A stretch of 64,000 bases of DNA from Candidatus Sericytochromatia bacterium (lineage in GTDB: Bacteria; Cyanobacteriota; Sericytochromatia; S15B-MN24; UBA4093). Below, piece after piece: positions 9,188-17,265 of this stretch; position 1 is the first letter of the stretch, and each line of letters begins with the position of its first letter. Position numbers and translations under genes: made by a program. The stretch is taken from positions 138,832-202,831 of the forward strand of contig JAKFCT010000028.1 in NCBI GenBank assembly GCA_036676495.1. The letters are read 5' to 3'. The notes below the pieces were generated by a model. It was not told where the DNA came from, did not search any database, and saw only the letters and a list, made by a program, of their open reading frames with translations.

Positions 9188-10057
9188 CTAGGCGGGAGCG
9201 GTCTCGCGGCCCCGAAGGTCACGCAGGGCGTCGATCGCTTTTTTCATGCGATCCGTGGTGAGATCCCAGATAGGGCCCATGAGCCGCTCGGCGGCCTCTC
9301 CGGGCCACGCCTTCAGCGTGATCAGCCCCTCCCTCAGCGACTGTTTGTTCTCGGTCGTGGCCAAGAGGTTGGCGACGTCCTTCACGAGGTCCGGCGATGT
9401 CTTGAGGGCGTTCAGGAGCTCCTGAGCCGTTTCCGAGGGAGCGTCCATGGCGACGGCCAGCTTGTCACGAGCCACCTCTTCGGCGGTCTCGGCGATCACC
9501 GCGAGGCCGGTCGGATTGAGCGTGTCCTTGAGATTGGGGGTCACGGCCACCCGGATCAGGTCGTCGATCGGCAGCTTGGTCAGCCCCGCATCCAGGTAGG
9601 CGCGGCTATGCGTGGCATAGGCGAACGCCGTGAAGGCCTGATCGTTCAGCTCGATGCCGGGATTTCGGGCCAACTCGGTTTCGATGGCCACTTGCAGGTT
9701 CTTCCGGGCCCGAACCATCCACTCTTGGCCCTCCCGAGAGAGCTCCGGGCTCAAGACCTCGGTGAAGCGGCGCACGTAAACATCTCCGTAGCCCAGGTAG
9801 TAGGTGGGCGGGGAGGCTTCAGGGTATCGCGCCTGGAAATCGCGGTGGCGCTGCTGGTAGTAGTCGAGGTTGCCGTCCGGAGCGAGGGGGGTCGGGCGCC
9901 GCGGCGGGACGTTGCGTTCGAGGCCTTCTCCCAGGAGCAGGCGATCGCCCCGAGGGGACGCTTGCGGGGCGTCCTCCACGGGAGGCTTGCTGGCAGCGGG
10001 GAACTTCGGGGAGCGGTTCGGAGCCGTCCGCCCGAGCGGCTTCAAGCTATCGACCAT
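9188..10057 (-). CDS. Hypothetical protein with stanniocalcin-like helical motif
   Basis: Pro-rich N-terminus, then YYLGYGDVYVRRF...LSREGQEWM...AYATHSRAYLDAG; start inferred. Confidence 0.6.
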   Translation of the reverse strand: MVDSLKPLGRTAPNRSPKFPAASKPPVEDAPQASPRGDRLLLGEGLERNVPPRRPTPLAPDGNLDYYQQRHRDFQARYPEASPPTYYLGYGDVYVRRFTEVLSPELSREGQEWMVRARKNLQVAIETELARNPGIELNDQAFTAFAYATHSRAYLDAGLTKLPIDDLIRVAVTPNLKDTLNPTGLAVIAETAEEVARDKLAVAMDAPSETAQELLNALKTSPDLVKDVANLLATTENKQSLREGLITLKAWPGEAAERLMGPIWDLTTDRMKKAIDALRDLRGRETAPA

Positions 10058-10232
10058 GACATCGCCTTTCGGAACGCGAAGCGCCTGCAACGACGAGCAG
10101 GCCCTGGAATCGACCGAGGGTATTGTACCCGCGCGTCCCGGCATTCTTGCGTCGGAGGAAGGCCCGACGGCGGCCCCCGAGCGATCGTCGTTGCTACAGG
10201 ACAGCTAAACTTTCTCAAGCCTAGCGCGGGCG

Positions 10233-10799
10233 CTAGCGCTTCAATCGATCGACGAAGAGCTTGCGGAACTTCGCGACCTTGGGGGCCACGACGGCCGTGC
10301 AGTAAGGCTGGTAGGGGTTCCGGGCGAAGTACTCCTGATGGACCTCCTCGGCGGGGTAGAAGCGGTCGAGCGGCTCCACCTGGGTGACGATCGGCGCGTC
10401 GAAAAGGGCTTCCGCGGTGAGGGCGCGGATCACCTCTCTGGCCGTCGCTTCCTGCTTCGGGGACTGGGTGAAGATGACCGAGCGGTACTGGGTTCCCACA
10501 TCGGCGCCCTGGCGGTTGAGGGTGGTGGGATCGTGGATGCTGAAGAAGACCTTCAAGAGGTCGGCATAAGAAAGCTCGGCCGGGTCGAAGTCGACCTGGA
10601 CGACCTCGGCATGGCCCGTCCGACCGGTGCAGACCTGCTCGTAGGTGGGATCGGGCACCTGACCGCCCGCATATCCCGACTGCACGCGGGTCACGCCCTT
10701 CAGTTCGAGAAAGACCGCCTCCAGGCACCAGAAGCACCCGCCCCCCAAGGTCGCTTGCTCCAAGCCCCGACCCACGCCCTGATCGCTGTCCGTCTCCAT
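10233..10799 (-). CDS. msrA: Peptide methionine sulfoxide reductase A
   Basis: [41 protein letters not shown]. Confidence 0.97.
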   Translation of the reverse strand: METDSDQGVGRGLEQATLGGGCFWCLEAVFLELKGVTRVQSGYAGGQVPDPTYEQVCTGRTGHAEVVQVDFDPAELSYADLLKVFFSIHDPTTLNRQGADVGTQYRSVIFTQSPKQEATAREVIRALTAEALFDAPIVTQVEPLDRFYPAEEVHQEYFARNPYQPYCTAVVAPKVAKFRKLFVDRLKR

Positions 10800-11032
10800 G
10801 CTTCCTCCCTCGGCGCCCGGCGCCTGAAAAGCGCATCCATGCTCGGCTTTCGAGCCTCGAAGCCCTAGCCCGCTCGCCTTTTCCTCGGGCCCATGAGCAT
10901 CCTTCGTCCAGTGTAGCGCATTGCTGGACGGCCATCCTCCGGAAGATCAGTAGAACGCCGAAATGGGCACCAAGTGCCAACTTGGAGGTATAATCGGGAC
11001 CGAAACCCGCACCCCTTCGAAAGGACCGCCCC

Positions 11033-12478
11033 GTGACTCCCGAGGTTCTCTGTACGACAGCCAGTTACAGCATCACCATTCGGCTTCGTGTCTCCAATCG
11101 ACCCGGCATGCTCGGGGCGATCGCCACCCGCATCGGCGAGGCCGGCGGGGATATCGGAGCCGTGGATATCGTCGAGGTCGAGCCGGAAAGCCTGATCCGC
11201 GACCTGACGGTGAACTGCCGCGACGAGCGGCATGGCGACCTGATCGTGGAGGCCCTGAACGGCCTCGCGGGCGTGGAGGTGCTCCACGTTTCGGATCTGA
11301 CCTTCCTCGCGCACCTGGGCGGCAAAATCGAGATCAAGAACCGGGTGCCCCTCAAGACGCGCAACGACCTCTCCCGCGTCTACACTCCGGGCGTGGCGCG
11401 AGTTTGCCAGGCCATCGCCACCGATCCCGGCAAGGCCTACACGCTCACCATCAAGCGCAACTCGGTCGCGGTGATCACCGACGGCTCGGCGGTGCTGGGC
11501 CTGGGAGACCTCGGTCCCGAGGCGGCGCTGCCGGTCATGGAGGGCAAGGCCATGCTCTTCAAGGAGTTCGCGGGCGTGGACGCGTGGCCCCTCTGCCTGG
11601 ACGGCCGGGACGTCGACGGGCTCGTGGCGGCAATCAAGGCGATCGCCCCCGGCTTCGGCGGCATCAACCTCGAGGATATCGCGGCGCCCCGCTGCTTCGA
11701 GATCGAGGAACGCCTCCGCCAGGAGCTGGATATCCCGGTCATGCACGACGACCAGCACGGCACGGCCGTGGTGGTGCTCGCGGCCCTCTTCAACGCCCTC
11801 AAGCTCACGGGGCGCAAGATCGACGAGATCCGCGTGGTGGTCAACGGGATCGGCGCAGCCGGAACGGCGATCGCCAAGATGCTCATGAACGCCGGCGTCC
11901 AGAACCTGATCGGCTGTGACCGGCACGGCATCCTCAACCGCGACCAGCTCGAGGGGCTCCCCCCTCACCAGCGCTGGCTCGCCGAGAACTCCAACCCCGA
12001 GCGGCGCCAGGGCGGCCAGCGCGAAGCCCTCCTGGGGGCGGACGTCCTGGTCGGCGTCTCAGGGCCCGGCACCATCCAGCCCGAGTTCCTCGCCGGCATG
12101 CGACCGGGAGCCATCGTCTTCGCGATGGCCAACCCCGACCCGGAGATTCACCCCGAGGACGCCCATGCCTTCGCGCGCATCGTCGCCACCGGACGCTCGG
12201 ACTACGCCAACCAGATCAACAACGTGCTCTGCTTCCCCGGGATCTTCCGCGGCGCGCTCGATTGCCGAGCCACCGAGATCAACGAGGCCATGAAGCTGGC
12301 GGCCGCCCGGGCGATCGCCGACATCATCCCCGAGCATGAGCTCCGCGACGACTACATCATCCCGAGCGTCTTCAACCGGAAGGTCGCCCCCGCGGTTGCC
12401 GAAGCCGTCATCCAGGCCGCCTACGAAACCGGAGTGGCCCGCCGGGAGCGCCGCAACCTGGAGCTCGAACGCGCGTAA
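11033..12478 (+). CDS. NAD(P)-dependent malic enzyme with N-terminal ACT domain
   Basis: YTPGVA, DGSAVLGLG, MEGKA.LFK, INLEDI, HDDQHGT, MANPDPEI; ACT-like NRPGML. Confidence 0.93.
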   Translation: MTPEVLCTTASYSITIRLRVSNRPGMLGAIATRIGEAGGDIGAVDIVEVEPESLIRDLTVNCRDERHGDLIVEALNGLAGVEVLHVSDLTFLAHLGGKIEIKNRVPLKTRNDLSRVYTPGVARVCQAIATDPGKAYTLTIKRNSVAVITDGSAVLGLGDLGPEAALPVMEGKAMLFKEFAGVDAWPLCLDGRDVDGLVAAIKAIAPGFGGINLEDIAAPRCFEIEERLRQELDIPVMHDDQHGTAVVVLAALFNALKLTGRKIDEIRVVVNGIGAAGTAIAKMLMNAGVQNLIGCDRHGILNRDQLEGLPPHQRWLAENSNPERRQGGQREALLGADVLVGVSGPGTIQPEFLAGMRPGAIVFAMANPDPEIHPEDAHAFARIVATGRSDYANQINNVLCFPGIFRGALDCRATEINEAMKLAAARAIADIIPEHELRDDYIIPSVFNRKVAPAVAEAVIQAAYETGVARRERRNLELERA

Positions 12479-12528
12479 CCGCGCGCCGCAACCTCCTCGG
12501 CAGGACCGGGCGCCCGCCCGGTCGCATC

Positions 12529-12574
12529 GAAACAGGCTCAGGTGCCGCTAGATAGCGGCACCTGAGCCTGTTTC
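12529..12574. terminator. Perfect 22-bp inverted repeat between convergent genes
   Basis: GAAACAGGCTCAGGTGCCGCTA-GA-TAGCGGCACCTGAGCCTGTTTC. Confidence 0.7.
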
Positions 12575-12614
12575 AGCAGACCCAACAGCGGGGGCGAACG
12601 CCCTGTGTTGGGCG

Positions 12615-13094
12615 CTAACCCTGGAAGACGGGAAGGCTTCCAGGGTGCCGGTACACCTCCAGGCAGTTGGTCACGCCTCGTACGCCGCGCACGCCTTGCA
12701 CGCAACGGATCACGGCGTCCACCTCCCGTGCCAGGATCGGCCCCGCCACGGTCACCATGCCATCCTGCACCGTCACCAGGATGTTTCGGGGATGATCACT
12801 GCAATGGCCGATCTGCGAGCGAATCCGCTCGATCAAGACCTCGTCGGAGACCGCCTCGTCGCGCAGCGCCGCCTGAGCCTCGGCGATCCGGCCGCGCATG
12901 CGGTTGCGGAGGTGCCGCGAACGGGAAGCCATGCGGCCGCTCACGACCCGCTGCTCCCACGTCGCCCGGCTCGCCTGGATCCGGGCCACGCGTCGGCGCC
13001 GCCGGCCCCGCTCCACCTCTCGAGCGAAGACCATGCCCGCTCCCAAAAGCGCTCCAAGGACAAAGCCAACGCCTACGGCGATCCCCCGTCTCAT
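12615..13094 (-). CDS. BON domain membrane-anchored protein
   Basis: N-terminal TM; SDEVL.ERIR...V.V.DGMVTVAG...V.GVRGV.N.L; strong RBS. Confidence 0.8.
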   Translation of the reverse strand: MRRGIAVGVGFVLGALLGAGMVFAREVERGRRRRRVARIQASRATWEQRVVSGRMASRSRHLRNRMRGRIAEAQAALRDEAVSDEVLIERIRSQIGHCSDHPRNILVTVQDGMVTVAGPILAREVDAVIRCVQGVRGVRGVTNCLEVYRHPGSLPVFQG

Positions 13095-13205
13095 CCTTCC
13101 TCCTTCGCTCGGCGAGCCGACGCGGCCGAGCAAACCCTCAGCGTCCGACCCGGCATCCCCATGCGGTGCATCCGCCCTTCATCAAGACGCCTGATCAGCA
13201 GGATA

Positions 13206-14729
13206 TCACATAAAGCTTTGTAAAGGGAGGGGGTTGTAGAGCCGTTGATGCTGATCCCTGAGCAAATTCTTCTGGATCTTGCCCATGGCGTTGCGAGGCA
13301 GCTCGTCCGCGAAGAAGACGCGCTTGGGAACCTTGTAGTTGGCCAGCCGCGCCTTGAGCGCCGCCAGGATCTCGGCCTCCTGCAGCGAGCCGTCCGCCTT
13401 GACGATCGCCACGCCCACCTCCCCGAAGTCCGGATGCGGCACGCCCACCACGGCGCTCTCCACCACCCCAGGCAGATCGTCGATCAGGGCCTCGATCTCC
13501 TTGGGATAGACGTTGAAGCCTCCCGAGATGATCATGTCCTTGGCCCGTCCCACGATGGAGAGGTAGCCGCGCGCGTCCAGCCGGCCGACGTCCCCGGTCT
13601 TGAAGAAGCCGTCCGACGTGAACTCCGCCGCCGTCTTCTCTGGAAGGCGCCAGTAGCCCGCCATGACGTTCGGGCCCTTGACCTGGATCTCGCCGACCTC
13701 CCCTTGCGGCAAGGCCGCCCCATCCTCGCCGACCACCCGGACCTCGACGCCCGCAAACGGCCTTCCGACCGAACCCGGCACGCGCGGGCCCTCGTAGGGG
13801 TTCCCCGTGTTCATCCCAGTCTCGGTCATCCCGTAGCGCTCCAGGATGACGTGGCCCGTCCGGGCCTCGAACTCCCGGTGCGTCTCGGCCAGCAGCGGAG
13901 CCGACCCCGAGACGAACAGGCGAATGCGGCGACACGCCTCGCGTCCGAAATCCGCTCCGGCCAGCAGGCGCGTGTAGTAGGTGGGCACCCCCATGAAGAC
14001 CGTCGCCTCGGGCAAGAGGGCCATGACCCGCTCTCGCTCGAAGCGAGGCAACCAGAGCATGCGCGCCCCGGAGAGCAGGGCGCAATGCGAGGCCACGAAG
14101 AGGCCGTGCGTATGGAAGATGGGCAAGGCATGCAGCAGGACGTCGTCAGCGGTGAAGCGCCAGGCCTCCACCAGGGCGAGCGCATTGGTCGCCAGGTTGC
14201 GATGCGTCAGCATGGCACCCTTGGGCTTGCCCGTCGTTCCCGAGGTGTAGAGCATGGCCGCCAGATCGTGCTCCCGGCACTCCGCGATCCCGGCCGCCGC
14301 CGCCGTCTCTGCCTCCCGGCAGAACGACCCCTGCCCCTCCTCGCCGAGGCTGTAGACATGCCTCACGCCTCGGCGCTGGGCGATCGCGCGGCTCGTCGCC
14401 TCGGTTTCCGGGCGGTGAATGAAGGCGGCCGGTTCGGCGTCTCCCAGCAGGAAGTCGACCTCGTCGTCCTGATAGGCGGCATTCATGGGCATGAAGACGA
14501 AGCCCGCACGCAGGCAAGCCAGGTACACCATGAGCGCCTCGGGAGACTTGTCCACCTGGACCGCCACGCGATCCCCCTGCCGAACCCCGAGCCCGCTCAA
14601 GAAACCCGCGTACCGCGACGTGCGATCCAGCACCTGGGCGCCGGTAAGCAGGGGGCCTCCCGGGATCTCCAGAATCGGCGCGTCGGGAGCCGAGGTGAGG
14701 CGATCGTGAATCAGGCGGTAAAGGGACAT
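13206..14729 (-). CDS. matB: Malonyl-CoA synthetase-like acyl-CoA ligase
   Basis: YTSGTTGKPKG, HALPIFHTHGLFVA, FMGVPTYY, ERYGMTET, PRNAMGKIQKN. Confidence 0.85.
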   Translation of the reverse strand: MSLYRLIHDRLTSAPDAPILEIPGGPLLTGAQVLDRTSRYAGFLSGLGVRQGDRVAVQVDKSPEALMVYLACLRAGFVFMPMNAAYQDDEVDFLLGDAEPAAFIHRPETEATSRAIAQRRGVRHVYSLGEEGQGSFCREAETAAAAGIAECREHDLAAMLYTSGTTGKPKGAMLTHRNLATNALALVEAWRFTADDVLLHALPIFHTHGLFVASHCALLSGARMLWLPRFERERVMALLPEATVFMGVPTYYTRLLAGADFGREACRRIRLFVSGSAPLLAETHREFEARTGHVILERYGMTETGMNTGNPYEGPRVPGSVGRPFAGVEVRVVGEDGAALPQGEVGEIQVKGPNVMAGYWRLPEKTAAEFTSDGFFKTGDVGRLDARGYLSIVGRAKDMIISGGFNVYPKEIEALIDDLPGVVESAVVGVPHPDFGEVGVAIVKADGSLQEAEILAALKARLANYKVPKRVFFADELPRNAMGKIQKNLLRDQHQRLYNPLPLQSFM

Positions 14730-14983
14730 GCAGCCTCCTTGGGAGCCATCAGCGGCAGCGAGGGACGGGAGCCATTGTAGCTCCCGCTCGGATCCTCCCG
14801 CCATGCCCACGGCCCGCTCCCTGACCTCTCGGCGATAGGACAATTTATCGGTCCTTGTGGATTATTTTTCGAACTTTCGCAAAACCTCACAGGAAAACCC
14901 GTTTCCCGGGAATGAAAAGCTAGGCCCCTGCGCCAATCAGCTCAGGCGAAAACAGGGACGCTCGATGCGAAGGAGGAAGCGGG

Positions 14984-15691
14984 ATGTCCGTTCCAAGCTA
15001 CCCGTTTCGCGCGGTACTCTTCGACTTGGACGGAGTGATCGTCGAAACCATCCCCCTGCTCCGGCAGGTCTGGATGGCGTTCGTCCGTGAGCAGGGCATC
15101 ACGCCCTCCGAAGATCGGATTCGGAGCTTCTATGGCCGACGGGGAGTGGACATCGTGCGGGAACTCTTCGGCCTCCCCGGCCCCGAAGCGGAGGACCTGG
15201 CCGCAGTCTGCGAAGCGCGCTACCAAGAGCAGTTGACGGAAGCGGTCCTTCCGACCGTTCCGGGAATCCAGCCCTACCTCGATGCCCTCGGCGCGCTCGG
15301 GGTCAGGCGCATCCTGACCACCAGCGCCACGGAAGCGGTGGCTCAGGTGGTCTTGCGGCGCGTTGGCTTGGAGGAGTGCTTCGACGGCATGGTGACCGCC
15401 GATCTCGTCCGCCGCGGCAAGCCCCATCCAGAGCCTTACCTGGCGGCCGCCATGCTGGCCGGAGCCCCTCCCGGTGATTGCCTGGTGGTCGAGGATGCCG
15501 TCGCCGGAGTCCGCGCCGCCACGGCGGCCGGATCGCCTTGCCTCGGGATCGCCAGCAGCGAGCCGCCCGAGACCCTGCTGGCGCACGGGGCACGGTGGTG
15601 CGTCCCGAATTTCGAGCAGCTTCCCGAAGCCTTGCGCGTTCCCGGCATGACGTCCGGGGACGCGAAAGTCGAAGGGTCTTCCTCACGATAA
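14984..15691 (+). CDS. HAD phosphatase (beta-phosphoglucomutase-like)
   Basis: FDLDGVI, GKPHPEPY, VVEDA..G. Confidence 0.9.
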   Translation: MSVPSYPFRAVLFDLDGVIVETIPLLRQVWMAFVREQGITPSEDRIRSFYGRRGVDIVRELFGLPGPEAEDLAAVCEARYQEQLTEAVLPTVPGIQPYLDALGALGVRRILTTSATEAVAQVVLRRVGLEECFDGMVTADLVRRGKPHPEPYLAAAMLAGAPPGDCLVVEDAVAGVRAATAAGSPCLGIASSEPPETLLAHGARWCVPNFEQLPEALRVPGMTSGDAKVEGSSSR

Positions 15692-15783
15692 TCGGATGAG
15701 CGGGCCGCGCGGCCCCGCGCGAGGTTTTCCGCGCACCGTTGCCGGAAAACCATGCCCGCTTGCATGTGACGAGGAAGGCCCCG

Positions 15784-16845
15784 ATGGATCTCTCGAGCAT
15801 CCCGCCCCAATCGAAGCCCCCGATCCAGGTGGAAGTTCGCGTGGCGGACGAACTGGCGTACCGCGTGGAGAATCCCCCCGTCTCCCAGCAGGAGCGGGAC
15901 CAGGCCGAGTCGAAGCGCCAGAGCAAGCGTGCCGACATCGCCCCGGGGCAGATGCTGGCGCGAAAGTCCGACGGAGGCAAGCGCGGCATCCGGCAACTCC
16001 GCCAGGAATCCGCCGCCGAGACGAATCAGCCCTTCACCGGCCTCCAGAAAGCCGGTAAGGTCTGGCAAACCCCGGCGATCCGCAACCCCGACGATCCCCA
16101 GGGCAAGTTCGACCCTTACGCCTACCTGCCTCACATGGTCTTCGCGGCCAATGAGGACTCCTTCCCGATCCTGCCGGACTTCGACCGGGACGGCAAGACC
16201 AAGACGGATGCCGCGGCCTATCGCCACGGGATCATCGGGGGCAAGCAACCCCTTCACGGCAGCGTCTCCGTCGCCCAGAAGGGCGAGTTCACCGTCCTCA
16301 CCTACAGCCACTACTACGTGGACAACAAGTTCACGAATTACCACGCGACCGATTCGAGCACCATGGCCGTCTACCTCAAACCCGGCAAGAACGGCAAGCT
16401 CGAGCCCGCGTACCTCTACACCTCCTGGCATTACGGGGCGACCATGACTCCCTGGGCGGATCTATCGAAGGACGAGCAAGGACGGCCCGTCGTCCTCGTC
16501 GAACGAAGCAGCCATGCGCTTCACCCCTACGGAAAAGACGAGGCGATCCCCAGGTCGGGGCTCCACATCTCCGGGGACGGCTCGGCCTCCTTGGATGGCA
16601 AAGCCCTCTCCAACCGGATGGAATGGGTGAGTCCGCAAGACTCCTTCACGCACGCCACGGTGCTGGATCTTGCGACGCCGCGCGACCAGGACCTGATGAT
16701 GTTCTTTTACGAGCGCTACCCCGAGCGGACCGATCCCATCCACCCCGTCCTCTTCGGCCAGGTCTATCCCGCCAAGGAGTCGCTCTCGCCCGTATCGAAG
16801 CTTCTCGACAGGGCGAAGGCGCTTCTCACCCAGCTCTTTTCTTGA
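15784..16845 (+). CDS. Hypothetical protein with Vps62/NPP1-like motif pattern
   Basis: YLP.MVF...E.SFP, LTYSHYY..N...H..D, Y.S.H, RPVV.V...SHA; host-like codon usage. Confidence 0.6.
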   Translation: MDLSSIPPQSKPPIQVEVRVADELAYRVENPPVSQQERDQAESKRQSKRADIAPGQMLARKSDGGKRGIRQLRQESAAETNQPFTGLQKAGKVWQTPAIRNPDDPQGKFDPYAYLPHMVFAANEDSFPILPDFDRDGKTKTDAAAYRHGIIGGKQPLHGSVSVAQKGEFTVLTYSHYYVDNKFTNYHATDSSTMAVYLKPGKNGKLEPAYLYTSWHYGATMTPWADLSKDEQGRPVVLVERSSHALHPYGKDEAIPRSGLHISGDGSASLDGKALSNRMEWVSPQDSFTHATVLDLATPRDQDLMMFFYERYPERTDPIHPVLFGQVYPAKESLSPVSKLLDRAKALLTQLFS

Positions 16846-16849
16846 AGGA

Positions 16850-16879
16850 AATCGCCGGCCCCCTCGGGGGCCGGCGATT
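16850..16879. terminator. Stem-loop terminator
   Basis: AATCGCCGGCCCCC-TC-GGGGGCCGGCGATT right after a stop codon. Confidence 0.7.
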
Positions 16880-16883
16880 CGTC

Positions 16884-16990
16884 TTAGCGCCCGCGGCTGT
16901 TGCGTAAGGCAGCGAGCGTTTGCCGTGAAAGGCATGAACAGGGCCTTAAAGTCAAAGCTCGCTGACCTGTAGCAACGTTTTTCGCTCTAG
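16884..16990 (+). repeat. YTAG-flanked hairpin repeat element, long copy
   Basis: TTAGCGCCCGCGGCTGTTGC...GCTGACCTGTAGCAAC...CTAG; homologous to 23029-23122 and 49641-49783. Confidence 0.75.
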
Positions 16991-17265
16991 AAGTGTCGGT
17001 AGCCTTCCAGGCTTTGCCAGAAGACCACTCCGTCCTCGGGATGACCGGTCGTCAGGATCGACTCCAGCAGGTCGAGCACGGGATCGAGCTGCGCGTCGGG
17101 GAGGATCAGCTCCACCCGGCAGCGCTCGATCAGCCCGAGGGGGCCGGACTCCCTGCCGAAGCCCTCGACCCGGCTGAGGCTCAGCCCCGGAACCGGGTGA
17201 TCCGCCAGGGCGCGAACCACCTTCTCCCGGCGCGAAACCGGAAAGATCACCGTCACCAACTTCAT
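16987..17265 (-). CDS. P-II family protein with short T-loop
   Basis: MKLVTVI, GLSLSRVEGFGR, TGHPEDGVVF; overlaps czcA stop. Confidence 0.85.
   Translation of the reverse strand: MKLVTVIFPVSRREKVVRALADHPVPGLSLSRVEGFGRESGPLGLIERCRVELILPDAQLDPVLDLLESILTTGHPEDGVVFWQSLEGYRHF

Noticed and set aside
14835-14880. Sigma28-like promoter (ACCGATAA) upstream of the matB-like gene
   Set aside because: The -35 match is weak and a single short motif is insufficient.
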